Below the pieces are notes generated by a model. That model was not told where the DNA came from and searched no databases. It saw only the letters and a list, made by a program, of their open reading frames with translations. DNA of 60,454 nucleotides, the filler included, from Sluysia triapertura (taxonomy: Eukaryota), in the NCBI GenBank assembly GCA_046118255.1. It is 5 parts of 5 records of this genome, joined end to end, with 100 filler letters (N's around TTAATTAATTAA, not from the genome) between each part and the next. Parts side by side here need not be neighbours in the genome. Positions count along the whole stretch, not along the records: positions 12,223 to 24,763 come from JBJNIA010100102.1; positions 24,864 to 36,843 come from JBJNIA010150605.1; 3 more parts are not named here. One strand, given 5' to 3'. Positions 12,773-26,751 of the stretch are shown here, piece by piece (the stretch's first letter is position 1; each line of letters opens with the position of its first letter). Both the position numbers and the translations under genes were made by a program.

Positions 12773-13283
12773 TTATTTACACGACATATATTTAAAGAAG
12801 TAGGATTGACATTTTTGCCATATTGAAAGATTTCTATGATCTTCATTTAACATAACATTCATGAACCGATCATAATGATGATGCTCATCAGATGGATGAG
12901 ATTCCATTACGAATATTCTTTTGAAATCAATTATGTTAAATATGTTATGCATGTTTTCTTTGTTCATATCAACCATACGTTTATCATTGCGATTAAATTT
13001 TGCATAATATATACAGTTTATAATATGAATTAATCTTTTTTCTAATGACATTTCAAAAATTGTTTCGATTTCATTTCCGACAAATACATAGGGTTATATT
13101 TTCATCATAAATGAATTAAATTTATCTAGAAAGCTTGACCTATCTTTATAACTGTAGTCAACTTGATTTATTGACAAAATAATCTTTTTGTCTATTTTTA
13201 ATGAAAATATTATAAATATCTTCTAAAACTTTAACCATTGAATTAAACTATTGTACAAAGCCTTTAATATTATAATTAATCAC
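12773..13283 (-). pseudogene. Decayed intronless ORF of unknown family
   Basis: ORF 12773-13051 continues upstream as coding-like text (FNSFMMKI*PYVFVGNEIETIFEMSLEKRL) interrupted by stops and a frameshift. Confidence 0.35.
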
Positions 13284-16200
13284 GTTGTCTTCAACTCTTA
13301 TTTTTAATAAACATTCAATATACATGTCTTTAGATTTTATTTTTACTAAATATATAAGTTTAACTCTCTTTAATTTTATAAACATATCTTTAATTATAAT
13401 TTGCAGTTGCTGTAGTTTTACTCAAATAAACCTAACTAGCAAAATGAATAAGCTCTGGAAGTTAGTCCGACTAATTAGACGCGTTTTATATTTAGACGAA
13501 GACGCTCTAATTAGATTTTTTTACAAAGGAAAAAGTGATTCCAAATTATTGAAGTGAAGGTATACTGTAATGGAAATTAACTCTTAATTTGTTACAGGTG
13601 AAGTCAATCTGACGAACTGATAATGAGATTTTAAAATTTAAACCAGCCTGCTACGGTCTGATTCTATAACTTATAACTTATAAGTTTATAACTTATAATT
13701 TAAACCTGCCTGTTACGGTCTGATTTATGCAAGAATAGTTTAATAAATCATTTATGAAATCGAAGTAAAACAATATTCTTAACTCTCTAATTTATTAACG
13801 ATGAAGCAAATACCAAATTACAATAAAATAAATATAACGATATAATAATAAATATAATAACGATATAAAAATTAATACATTAAACTTATGGTTTAGGTAT
13901 AAATAATTTTATTTTTGAATGAAATTTGACCTATCCAGTTACGGTATAGGATAATCGATTACAAGTTAAGTTGATTTTAGTATTCTTATCGTTTAAGATT
14001 AGGATGTTAACAACTTACATTTTAAAAGTTGATTCTATTTGAATGTATTTAGAATTCCTTGTTGTAAACTCCAAAATGTTATCTTTAAATTTCTAAAATT
14101 TTCTTGTTTACTTTCGTTTTTAGATTGATTTATTTAAACTGCGTGTTTTTTAAATAATAAATATCAATTTCATTAATTTTTTAAATATTAAATATTTATT
14201 AATGTCATTATAATAATAATTATATTTTATACTATTAAATAATCAATATTAATATAAATAGTTATGTTAAATATTAATGTTCTTATCCAACTCCAAATTG
14301 TAATCCAACACAGTAAAAGTTACAATAAATTGATTAGTTTTATATTTTCTTATATCAAGAGTGTCTAATAGAATTATCTTTCGAGATTTCTTTAAGAAAA
14401 TCATGTAATTCAGTTGAATACATAAAATCTTTTTGATTTTACATTTGAAGTAAATCTATTTTGATTTATATGAACATCACTTTCTGATACTTTTACTGCC
14501 TTTTCTTGTCTACAATGAAAGATTATGTTATCAAGATGAAATTGTCTATCTTTTTAATATAGACTATCATTCCTTTTACTCACATTTCCATTAGATTTTA
14601 AAAATGGTATATTTAATATTTTTAGTTGACGAAATACTATTAATGTTTTTTGAATAACTTTTTTGAGCAAAATAGGACAGTTTTAAATAAAAGTTGTATG
14701 AATTAATTGTGTTTGCATGGTTGGTATTTACAAAACTATAAACATTTATTAAAAAGAATTGTTTATTTTTATCCATAAAGGTGAACACATTTTTGTATCA
14801 CTGGTTTATGTGTTAATGATTGGATGGCCAATCGAAATCATGGCTTAACATAAAATTTTTGATTAATAATGATTGCGTAATAATTGAGAAACTGTCATTA
14901 CTGACAGTACAAATAGTGGTAGTAACAAGAAAACATAATAATGTTAGTGATAGTGATATAATAATAATGCAAGTGATAATAATAATATTAAAATAATAAA
15001 AATGCATAATAATAAATTAAATAGATAATAATAATAATAAAATAAAATTAATAATAGCAATGATAATATAAATGAAAATAAAACATGCATACATAAATTC
15101 TTTTAAATTGGCTTATTTTTACATAATTTCCTAAAATTACATATTGTTTGAAACTTTTCTTAGAAATAAGAATACCTAAAAATTCTTTCTTTTAGAAATT
15201 TTTTTCTAGTGAATATAAATATATAAAAGAGAGTATAGTTGGAAGTGTTTTGAAAATAATTTTGAAATGTAAATTTAATGTTTAAATTTAAATTTAATGT
15301 AAATTTAATATTAATGATGTTAATGTTGAAGAATTGTGAACTTGAAATGTTTTGAATTAACTTTGAAATGTGCATTTGATAATTTTCGATGTTGATTATG
15401 AATTTAGCGTTATAAAATTGTGAATTTGAATCAATAATTTTAATGATTGTGAATGAGTAAAATATGAAATATTATGAAATGTGATTTTGAATGAAAAGGT
15501 TGGCCTTCAACATTATGATACGAGGGTGTAATGCGACTTGAATCTTATCATGTAGACGACCCAAAAATGAAGGTCTAATATCTACATCTTCGTCTTTTAT
15601 ACTTTGAATGTCTCTAACAAAGTTCTTAATCCTAAGACGGGATTTAATATTAGTGGTCGAATGAAATTGTTTGGAGCATGGGACGCGTTGTATGAGGCTT
15701 ATTAAAGAAGTCGAACGCGTAAGAAAACTCCACGAAGGAAAGACGTTCTTCGTCAAGCCGTTATAGGTGGAACATAGATAAATGATGTTCTGTTTTTCTA
15801 TCGTTCCAAATTCACCATGTTATTCTCATATAGGTTGGGTAATAAAGATTGCTTCCCAACAACAGGAAGAGGGAATAAAAGAGCAACGATTACATGTTAC
15901 ATGTTTTATGTAGGCAACAAGTTGGCAACATGTAATGTGGTGAAATAATGTACTCTAGTGTTAAAAGGGATGCCATTTTTAAGTAGTAAGATTTTTGTTA
16001 CCTACATAGCAACCGCTATATAGACTGAATTAATGTCTTCGGGGACTTGAAACAATCAGTCCAAATGCGGGACACGTAGGCGAAAATAAAAAAAGTGTGG
16101 CGAGATTTATATCTAACTCGCTTTTAAGATTGTTGTGTGTGGAAACGGAATCAGAAAAGAAAACAAGAGTAATCTCTTTGTGACAATGCATATATACGTG

Positions 16201-16727
16201 TACATAAACGTTCTTTTGTTGATTGAGCATGCGAGCTTGAATATTACTAACAACAAAAGGAAAATGAAAATATTCACAAACTATAAAAATCATTAGCTTT
16301 AATATTTATATGAACAAAAATAGCTTAGTTTGGAAGACCTACCTTCTTTTTCAAGAATGGATTTATAGGTTTAGTAGGTTTATCACGTAGTTTGTACAAG
16401 TTTCTAAGCTGCCGTTTTCGAAGGTTGAGCTTTTGGGAATTAGTAAGGCTAAGAAGAATGATATGAGGAGCCTACTTAGCCCGTACTTAGCTAATATTAT
16501 TTTTTGCTACGTGAAGCACTGGTTGAATGATATCAACATCAGGCTGTTCATGAGATGATTCATAATAAAATTGTCTTATAAGTTTATATTACACTAAAAA
16601 TTCCAAAAATTATTAGATCTCCCATTTTGAATTTAATTACATATTCAATATGTATAGTTTCAATGATAATTTAGAATAATCAAGTATTTTTTTACAAAAA
16701 TTTATTTTATATGTAGTTTTTTTTCAG

Positions 16728-16928
16728 ATGAAATTATTTGATGATTCTGAACTCGAAAGTTTGGAAATGTTAAGCGAATATTCTGATCTGGATTTGATAA
16801 TGTTGGAATGTGGAGATGATATAGAACCTAATTTGGATAATTACCAGTTATTAGAATCTGATTGGTTCTCAGTTTACCAAGAACATGACGACAATAATTT
16901 ATTCAATTCTCAAAATCCAATTTGTTAG
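16728..16928 (+). CDS. Small very acidic ORF (66 aa) or terminal exon, unknown product
   Basis: A polypyrimidine acceptor TTTTTTTCAG directly precedes the ATG; the frame is D/E-rich and open; AATAAA lies ~100 nt after the stop. Confidence 0.3.
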   Translation: MKLFDDSELESLEMLSEYSDLDLIMLECGDDIEPNLDNYQLLESDWFSVYQEHDDNNLFNSQNPIC

Positions 16929-17908
16929 ATTTTATTTTGATAGTACATATTTTATAATTTATACAATTATACTTAATGATCTTAAACATTTATAGTAAAC
17001 TTTTAAATATAAAACCCTTCATTCAATAAAGTTAAATATTGTGGTTTTTTATTTTAGCATTTTTGAAATTCGCTTACATTTTGAGTTTCTTTGTACATTT
17101 ACTTAATTTCTTTTTATGTATTATCTTGATAGAATGGCCGCCATACAGATACATTCATATTCATTTATCTTGCAGTTACTTGTTTATTCGTGTTTGTTAA
17201 TATTTCCTAATTTTCACTTTAAAATGTCATGGGATTTTTCATTCTTACACTATACATTTATTAAATTTCTAATTAAGTATGTTGAGATCGAATCCATACT
17301 TCTTTCATTCTATTTTTTTTTCTTTGGTGTACTTTTTATTTCACATCATTTCAAGGTGTTTCTTTAAAACTTACAAAGGTATTTTTGGAATTATTTGATA
17401 ATTATTTGATAAATTATTCTTATCTTTTTTTATTTATTCTTGTAATCTGTTTTTATTTTACTGTAAATTACCACATAACAAACATGATCAATTTGTGATT
17501 TAATTATTTCTAATATCTGTGTTCATAAATTTCACACAATCATTAAACTTCAAGAGTGCAGTCAACCAATTATAACATAAAAATATAACATATAAGCTGC
17601 TAGTTTGCATTAAACAATTAAATGTTTATCAAAGTTACTTTCTTAATAAATTAATATAATGTATTTTGTTTGTGGCTTCGAGTTGATAGTACAATATAAC
17701 TAAAAATGCTTCATTTACAGAATAATTAAAAATATTAATTAATTATCATAATTAAGTATCATGGCAACTATTGTCTTAAAAATAAAAAATATTAAATCAC
17801 AAATATTGTTTTTACTTTTCACTATGTTACAATATTTCGTCTAAATATCCGAGAAAATATAGTCAATTGCAAAATTTGTAATTGCGTATTTATGTAAATA
17901 TATTATAG

Positions 17909-18543
17909 GCAGAAATCGACAAAATCGTAATTCAACTTCAAATTTTTCTGGATTTATCCCAGCTACAGCATGGGGTGAGGGTCCTAGTATCGAGCCTACA
18001 AAACCTCGTCCATTGTCTGACTCAACATCTATTGCAGATTCATTGCTTGCAAACCAAGATGCGATTTTAATGCGTCGATTGCTACACAGTTATGATTGTG
18101 AAGAAATTAAGGACGTGTTGGCTAGTGTAGTACGTGGAAAACAAATAGGTTCAGGTTCACAGTCTGCAAGCAACAATTCGGCTAATAATCGTCATTGGTT
18201 GGTTAGTGTATGTGAAGATTATTGGACATTGCCACCGAGTGGTGATATAGATAACTGGTTGGACCTATTAGCTGTGTCTGGATTACCAGGAGCTGATTTT
18301 GAAGCATCTTACGTGATGGTGCTTTTGTGTAAAGCAGGTTTATTACGTGACAAATTGCATGCATGGGATTTGGCAAGACAGTTACTGGAAACATCTCAAT
18401 CACGTTTACAGAATCTACTTAATCAAGTTACCACATTCGTCTCTACAGATAATACTACTAATACAGGATCTACTTTACAAAAGAACTCTATTAATTCTAT
18501 CATCAAAATTATTGACAGAGAAATATTGCATTGCGATTTATTG
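17909..18543 (+). CDS. INTS8: Integrator complex subunit 8, internal exon
   Basis: AG at 17907-17908, GTATGT donor at 18544, open helical-type frame. Phase 0 joins the exon at 20124. Identity comes from the downstream exons. Confidence 0.75.
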
Positions 18544-19079
18544 GTATGTATAAAATTTATGCAATTTCAATTTGTAAAAAAAATTTGTTCAAATCTTGAC
18601 AAATATATAACAGGTCAGAAAGTAAAAAGAAATACATTTGAAATAAATATTTCCTATTACTTTTTAAATATGTACATCATTGTTTTAAGTTTTTTATTAG
18701 AAATTGTTTAATCTTATTACTTGGCTTGTATCTAAATATTTCATCACAAAATTTACTTGAAAAAACAGGTTACATATCGTAATATAAGAAGTTGTATTAC
18801 ATGTCTTGTTTTGAATTGAAATATTGGGTATAGGAATAAGTTCTTCTTTTCAATTTTACTATTAACATTGACTATAATAAAATATATAAACAGTAATGTG
18901 TTGCAATTATGTACTGTGATTATTTGTAATTTTTCCTTTTTTAATATAAATGATATGGAGAAAATAAAGTTTGCTTCTTTTGATATGATCCATTCATCAA
19001 GTCAATTTTTTTATATTATGTTAATTACGCATTATCTTCATTGAGTGGTGAACATAACATGAAAATAAAATAAATACTA

Positions 19080-19760
19080 ACACAAAATTTATAGTCAATA
19101 TTTGGAAATAAAACCATTTAGTTCCGCGTATATTTTCCATCCAGTTACAAAATATTCCATATAACTAGAAAATAAGTCCTTTTTTCTTAACATTTCTTGA
19201 CATTAATCATTAATTCAAGGAAGTTTTAAATTTCTGGCAAGGAATACTTTTTTAAGTTTGAAAAACAAAAAATCATTAGGAGCTAAGTCAGAATGTTTAA
19301 ATTCTCTTACTTATAATTATTAGAACGAGTTTTTCGCATAATTAATGTATTGCATATTAGGACATTAGGAAAATGATTGTAGGAATGTTTTTAGTTTTTT
19401 CGTATTTCTCAGCGTTCGTTACCAATAATGTTCAGTATTTATAGTGTCATTTTCCCGCAAAATTGAATAGTATGCAATCAACTGATATCATTATTTTTCT
19501 ACCACGTGAAATATCGGTTTTAATTTTGAGATATACTGACTTATCAGGATATTTCCATTGACGAAATTCTCATACTCTCAAGTAAATATAGATCTAATTC
19601 CTATTCGTATTTGTAATAAAAACGCAATAAACCGTTTCTATATTGATCCGAAAATCCAAATTCATTTTAAGTCGCTAATTCGGGTAAAAACTGGAACACT
19701 ATTTTATTAACCCCATTGACCGAAATAGCCAGTGATAAGATCCAAACAATATATTTAATT
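19080..19760 (-). mobile_element. Degenerate mariner transposase remnant in an INTS8 intron
   Basis: Minus strand reads HSDLAPNDFLFFKLKKVFLARNF (~19230-19295), matching the mariner YSPDLAPSDF motif. Boundaries approximate. Confidence 0.65.
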
Positions 19761-20123
19761 ATGTTTTTAAATCTTGTCGATATTTGTCAATTATTTACAA
19801 TACCTTTGGGTAAGTTTTTTTCGTTTTGATTTCGAATTTTAATTGATCTACTCTTGTCTTTATTAAAACTGACATTTCTTTTTTAAACATCTTAATCAAT
19901 CGCTACAGTTTCATGCAATGAACATTCATTGTTATGCACATTGTTTTATTCTTTGATCTATATTAACCTTCATAGTATTGTGAATTTTCCATAAATAAAA
20001 TATTATATGTATGAAACATACTTTATTAACTTCGTTATAATTATGTAACATTTCAAAAAATTAACAATTTCTTAGTTTTCTTTCATTAGTAAGTTCACAA
20101 AGTATTTATAATTTTAATTGCAG

Positions 20124-20814
20124 AAATTTTTACTCAATTATGAACCGTCCAATCCATATCTATCTAGCAAGAAATCAAATCAATCCAATGGTTCGGAAAT
20201 TGATGTCGAAACGATTTCAAATACAAATTTCGGAACCGTTTATTATACTTCTGAACAACTGGATACATTATATAAAAGAGCAAAAACTTGTTTGGCATCG
20301 ATGCTAACTATTAATAGTCCAACAAATAATAACAATTCAAATTCATCTCTGATTCCATTACCAATATATCTTCAAATTTCTTGCTGTTGTACAATTTTAT
20401 TATTAGCACGAGAACCTCTTAATGACCTTCAATTTCAGGTTTATACACATCCATTTACAAAAAGTAGTCAACATAATTCTTCATCTTCATCAGTTACAAA
20501 TGCTGGTTTGGCGAATTGTGGTTCCAATTCGACTAATCTGCACAATAATTCGTTACCTATTGTTGCACAATTAAGTAGATTATTAGTTACAGTTATTAAA
20601 GACTGTAATTTATCACCAAAACAAAGCACCAACAGTGTTGCTTTTGGCAGTGGTAGTAACAGTAGTGGTAATAGTAGTGGAGGTGCTAAATATATCAAAT
20701 CAGCGCGAGATTTATTTGATATGCTATTGAATCAAATTACTACTACCGGTTTTTCGAAGAATAATGATATTAATTTGGATTTAATTGGAACAACATCTGT
20801 GGCTACAACTTCAG
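20124..20814 (+). CDS. INTS8: INTS8 internal exon with Asn/Ser-rich insertions
   Basis: TTGCAG acceptor (phase 0), open frame, phase-1 donor at 20815 (alternative 20818) compatible with the next exon. Confidence 0.75.
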
Positions 20815-21090
20815 GTGGTATTATTATTATTAGAGGAAATTTAACATATAAATCGTTAGTATTTTAAAAAACATAATATTTATCAAATTAAAATATTACT
20901 ACGTTGTTTTTTGTTTAAATATGAACATTCATTAAGTAAGAAATAATTATATTGTGAATGCGACACATACTTAAAATCTTCGTAACACTAGTATAGTAAT
21001 AATTAGAATGAGCTTCTAGCATAAGTATGTTCGAATTAAAATAATAATTTAATAAATAATTAATTTCTCCATTTTAAGGTAATTTTAAAG

Positions 21091-21358
21091 CAATGTTCTC
21101 TCCAACAAAGTACTAACTATGTGCAAATATTAAACGCACGGGCGAACATTTGTAGCGGTCTGAGCAAATTTTTAAAATTGATAATATTTGTACATTGTAA
21201 TTTGTTATTGTTAATCCTAAATTGAAAAACGCTATAAATTAATTTTTATTTTGAAAATAATGCGTCTGCTTTAAAATACTGCGCGGGAGCAGTTAACTGG
21301 GCCAGCGTGTACAATCTACTGCGTGGCCGCGCAGTCTCGCAGCTTAGAGGGAACACTG
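21091..21358. mobile_element. hAT-family MITE (268 bp)
   Basis: TIRs CAATGTTCTCTCCAA and TTAGAGGGAACACTG; 8-bp TSD TTTTAAAG/TTTTAAAA (7 of 8 match). Confidence 0.8.
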
Positions 21359-21557
21359 TTTTAAAATAGTAACAAAATAATTGAAATATTTTGATATTGT
21401 ACTAAAAATAATATTGAAAAAACAATATTTATTTTTATTTAATGTTTGATATTCAATATTTGGAATTAATAATATTTAAAAATTATTTAATTTGTTATTT
21501 CATAAAATCACTTTCTTTAATATTAATGTTAACATTTTAATATTAGAATGATTTTAG

Positions 21558-21784
21558 GATCTGGAAATAATTCAACTACTAATTCATCGGGTTCCAACTG
21601 CGCAAACAATATTATGTGGCATGATCTGTGTTTATTTACACAGTTATTAGCGAGTCCACAATATTTAGATATTTTATTATCAGCACTTGTATCTATCCTT
21701 TCTTGCATGCGATCTGATATCAATTTATCTCGTCCAGTTTATCCACGTGATATGTGGCCAACGACTATTTCTTCCGTGTTCAAT
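21558..21784 (+). CDS. INTS8: INTS8 internal exon
   Basis: TTTTAG acceptor (phase 1) and GTAAGT donor (phase 0). LLSALVSILSCMRSD..MWPTTI resembles the INTS8 segment ending IWPSSI. Confidence 0.8.
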
Positions 21785-24442
21785 GTAAGTTTGAAGTTAT
21801 TAGAATTTTTATATTTATAAGTAAAGTGGAGTTGGATCCACGTTTTGAGTTAATGAGTTGGTATTATCCAAAAAAAACATCGACTTCGACTATTAATAAA
21901 TACAATTTGTTCACTTTGAATATGTAGGAAAACATGGAATTGTGTATTTTTAGATAATTTTAAATTTTCTCAAATTGTACTACACCATATAAAAATGGGA
22001 AATGATATCTCATTTTTGTTTGTTAAAAATGAATCACTAATTTTATCCATTCTAAACCGCGTGTACTTATTATTGGATGATTATAAAGTTGTATAAAGTA
22101 AAATCGCGTGTTTTTTCGTTTAATTTATAGCTATTTCTATCAGTTAATTAAGTTTGGAAAATACCATTCCTTGTAGTATATTACTTTCTATATTGGGTCT
22201 TACTTCATAAATTATATGTATATTATTTCTTGATTTCGAGGTTATTTATTTATTTCTTTGAATCCACTAAAATTACTACTATGTTTTAATTTTATTTTAA
22301 TTTATAATTATGTAATTATTCTTTAAAAATTATGTATCAATAATTATTCTACGTTGAGTTTTTTTAATTGTAAATGTCGATAATTATACGCTAATATTAA
22401 TTCACCTAACTCGTTTAAAGTTTAATTCAATCTAAAATACTTATCTTTAATGTTGTTAGTCTTATACTTGTCTCAGTTATTCGAGATGGAAGTGCTTAAT
22501 AAACAATTTATTCTTTTTAATCTCGAAAATTTTATTTATTTAAATCACTGACTTTATTTGGCTATACGTAAAGCTTTGTTTAAAAAAACTTTAGTTATTA
22601 AAACTTTAATTCACTTGGCTACTCTGTTTTCAACCCCTGCTTATTTACCAACACAAATGGAGTTAAACAAAATCTTGTTGAAATAACAAATGTTAATGTG
22701 AATGGAAATTAACGATAAAATTCAAATTATTAATTTTAGAATTTGTACAATAGAATTAAATAGCAAAATTATATTATACAGATATAAGTAATATCAACAC
22801 TGAAATTCAATTTATCAATTTTAATTGAATAAATTTAAACAATGCAGAAAAACCAACAAGACAATTCCAATTTATAATTTACCAAATTTAGAATTTATTA
22901 ATTTTATATTTTACCACTCAGACTAAAACTTATATGCAATGAATAAGAATCGTTTGATAACAGATAGGTTTTGTTTGGCAAACCAGCAATGTCAAATACT
23001 TCGATAATACATATTGTTTCTGCGAACAATTTTCACGAATAATTTGATAATAAACAGTATGCACAAAGAATCGTTACAATTTTTTCGCGATATAAAATTG
23101 GTTGCTTTTAACATTGCTTTTATAGTTTTTTCCAAATTGATATTATATGTTAATTTTTTATATTATAATTTTGACTTTATTAACTACATAATACATAATA
23201 ATTTTTATCTGCTATATTCTTAACCTGAATGGTAATGTATTATATAGTTATCATATAATTACTAGTTTTCCGTTAATTCATATTAGCAGTTCACTTTAAT
23301 CTGAATGATTTTCTGTGATTATAAATTTTATGAAATTTTAATTTCTCGTAATCTTTTTTCAATTTCAATTTAAATTGATTTTTGTTGATTATAATGTTTT
23401 AAATTTTTATTTTATAATAATTTCATACAATCACAATTTAAGATAATTTTAGTCGATTATTTAAATTTTGATTACCTATTACTTATATCTGTCTATTCTG
23501 TCTATTCTTATTTTAAAATGATTTTGACCGAATATAATGTTATTAAATTTTGATTATATATTATTTCTATTTAATCCTACATTAACATGATTTTAGTTAA
23601 CAGAATTTGTAAATCTTGTTTTTAAAATGATTTTGATCGAATATTATGCTCTTCAATTTTAATTTCAAATTATTTCTATCCAATCCTACCTTACAATGAT
23701 TTTATCTATTTAATCAGTTGTAATAGTAAGGTTTAATGTTTATAAATTTTCATTTCATGTTACATTTATATAATCTCAATTTAAAGTAGTTATTTTATAA
23801 AAACATTATGATCTTAATAGTTAAAATTGAACATTATTTACATTACAATTCAGTTATATAGGCATGAAATATCGGACATAATTAAAAATAGCATTTTTAT
23901 GTGCACTAAATGTCAGAAAATAGATATTTATTTTTATAATCCCTCCTTTTTTACACGTAATACGCGGTGAAATTATTTATAACTGTGATAAAAAATGATT
24001 TAATTTAGATGACTTTTTTCCTTTTTAAGAAATATTTTGTTAAATCTTTTTTATATTAAAATAATTAGGTGTATTTAGAATTTTTTTCTTTTATAAAAGT
24101 TTTCATTTCTGTATAGTTAATTAAGTGTGGTGAGATCCACTTTACATTCTTAACATTATGTTTCTTATTTTTAAACCTACAGCGCGCACATTTTGATAAA
24201 ACCACTGAAGTACGAAATTTGGCACTAAAGCGATTATCTTCAATGTCGTTACTTTATTATAGAGTTAGAAAATAAAATAAATAATTTAATGTATAACTTC
24301 TAATATTACTCGTTTCACAATTTTATTATTACTTTTCTTATAAGCTCTAATGTAAATGATTGCTTTTAATTTTTAATAGTAATATATATTTGTAAATAAA
24401 AATGTTTAATTTATTATAAAGTTGAATTTTATTTCATTTTAG

Positions 24443-24674
24443 TCTGATTCTAGTGATTCAGAAAATATCATTGTTTCACGACTTAATGATTTAGTACAAA
24501 ACACGCTGGATAGGGCTATTTCTCTTAATCCGCTTCATTCACATTGGCTATTTGTACGAGCTGATCTGGCTATGGCTGATGGAGATTGGTTTACTGCTTT
24601 ACGTACTTATTTGGAAGCTGGAGCTGCCGAAACGGATTTTTTTACTAGGCCTTTGACTACCAGCGGTCCAACAG
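24443..24674 (+). CDS. INTS8: INTS8 exon, C-terminal TPR-like region (absent from the ORF track)
   Basis: Translates ..LDRAISLNPLHSHWLFVRADLAMADGDWFTALRTYLEAGAAETDFFTRP, matching the recalled INTS8 motif W..AD.YF....YS.ALHYYLQAGAVCSDFF. Phase-0 acceptor; the gene continues beyond the contig. Confidence 0.85.
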
Positions 24675-24695
24675 GTTAAATTGTTTACACTTTAA

Positions 24696-24763
24696 CCCCT
24701 TACCGGTTTACTACGTGTATACACGTTGAACATTCGAGTGACCATAACGTTCTTACTACGTGT
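24696..24763. mobile_element. Probable piggyBac-type element terminus, truncated by the contig end
   Basis: TTAA (24692-24695) followed by CCCCTTACCG, with a repeated subterminal TTACTACGTGT. Confidence 0.5.
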
Positions 24764-24863
24764 NNNNNNNNNNNNNNNNNNNNNNNNNNNNNNNNNNNNN
24801 NNNNNNNTTAATTAATTAANNNNNNNNNNNNNNNNNNNNNNNNNNNNNNNNNNNNNNNNNNNN
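24764..24863. other. Artificial contig-joining spacer
   Basis: N44-TTAATTAATTAA-N44. Confidence 0.98.
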
Positions 24864-24878
24864 CAATTAATGCAATAC

Positions 24879-25721
24879 CTGCATAGCTGTCTCCATAAGT
24901 GGTGTAAGACCGGATTTTGGTCGATGTTCTAAAGCTACTTGCTTTTCTACCAATAAACGAACAACTTCAGTACGACCTTGGCTACACGCCAAGGTTAGTG
25001 CTGAGTTACGATTAGTTTCAATTTGAGCATTGATATCAGAACCTCGTGCAATCAACTCCTCAACCACATCAACAAAACCATTCATTGCAGCCAACATTAA
25101 AGGAGATATACCAAGTCGTGAATTAGTTCGGGCATTAATTTCAGCACCAGCAGCTAGCAATGCCCGGACTGCTTCTAGATGACCATGATTAGCAGCTATA
25201 CATAAAGGAGTATAATCTGACAGATTACGGTGTTCCATATTACCACCTCTGGAACACAATTCAGTGACAATAGGTGCATGACCATATTGAGCAGCTATAC
25301 CAAGAGGTGAATCCTTATTTCGATCCACTAGTGCTTCAATATCAGCGCCCAAATCTAGTAAAACTCTCACTACATCTAAATGACCACTTATCATTGCTGA
25401 ATGTAAAGCAGTATACGATTTTTTATCCCGATGTTCAAGATGAGCTCCATTCTGTATTAGAACTCTCACTATATCAGCGTGACCATGAGTACTTGCTAAA
25501 ATTAATGGTGATTCTTGATTTGTATCTGTAAGCACATTAACACTAAGAGGAATTTGTTGCTCTTCTATCTGAACGGATTGTTTTATATCGTTATTGATAG
25601 GAAGTGTGGTCTTGGATTCAGCTCCTGCAACATGCCTTTCTCTTTTGGTAGGAGTACAAGGAATATTCAACAAGTTATGATCCATGTACTGAGATTTAAG
25701 ACATTCTGCACAACCACCACA
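24879..25721 (-). CDS. mask: MASK/ANKHD1/ANKRD17 homolog, exon encoding the second ankyrin-repeat cluster
   Basis: Family-diagnostic motifs EHRDKK, EHRNLSDYTPL, AGAEINARTNSRLGISPLMLAAMNG, GSDINAQIETNRNSALTLAC and GLTPLME. Phase-0 AG and GT boundaries. Confidence 0.92.
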
Positions 25722-26514
25722 CTGTTTAATAATAATAATAATAATGTTTTGATAATAAAGTTAATCTAATTTAATTAAAATGAAACATCGACCTCAGAAA
25801 TCTTCAAGAAATCGAAATATTACTAAAAACAAAAATAAATTAATATCTGCAATATTGGTTCGTTTGTAGTTCTGGTAAAAAAAGCCACTTTTACAATATC
25901 ATTGTCATATTCTTTTCAATATTTAAAGCAGCATAAACAGTTTTTTACCTTTTAATATATTTTACTTAATGTTAATATATTAAAGCTTTGTTTAAGGCAA
26001 ATAAGGTGTTTAAAATAAATGTTTAATAAAATAAAAAAGAAACTGTAAAAAGTTTTACCACTTTAATACAATAATATTCAAATCTAAGATTAGCAATAAC
26101 ATTGTGGTAAATCTTATTAATATCATTCATCACCTTCCTAGAAATTATCTCTTATTTTAATATAATTCTATGCGTAGCATTCATCAATTTCAAATAAGTC
26201 ATTATTACTAATAAAAAATTAATAACCAATTTTTGTCATTACTAAAAGTATATTTAAAGAAATGCATCAGTAAAAAATTTACAAAGGTTTTATAAACATG
26301 AAAAATAACCATGTTTATACAATCTCAGTCGTTTTCATTTCAGGGTGCTTAATAAATATTAACGTAATTGTGCGTTTCTAAACAAATGGACATGTTGATG
26401 TAAAGCTGGAAAATTTTATAAATGCTAAAGTTAAATTTATGAAGATAATCATTACATTTTATCTCTTTCTGTTCAAGTTCGAAAAGGTGTTTGATCCAAT
26501 TTAATTAAATGGCC

Positions 26515-26523
26515 ATCTTCATC

Positions 26524-26607
<84 letters not shown>

Positions 26608-26612
26608 GTTAT
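26515..26612. repeat. Compound microsatellite (CAT)n(TAT)n
   Basis: Directly visible. Confidence 0.95.
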
Positions 26613-26751
26613 TAAACTATATTAAATTATATATCTTGTATTATAATATGAACTATATTATATTAAATTGTAATATTTATTAAACATTATACATTAGCAT
26701 AATTGCATGCTATCATAATAATATTCAATTTTTATACTAAAAATATCAAAC

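Noticed and set aside
15997-16013. RFX X-box-like GTTACC..AGCAAC
   Set aside because: The spacer is longer than consensus and there is no associated ciliary gene.
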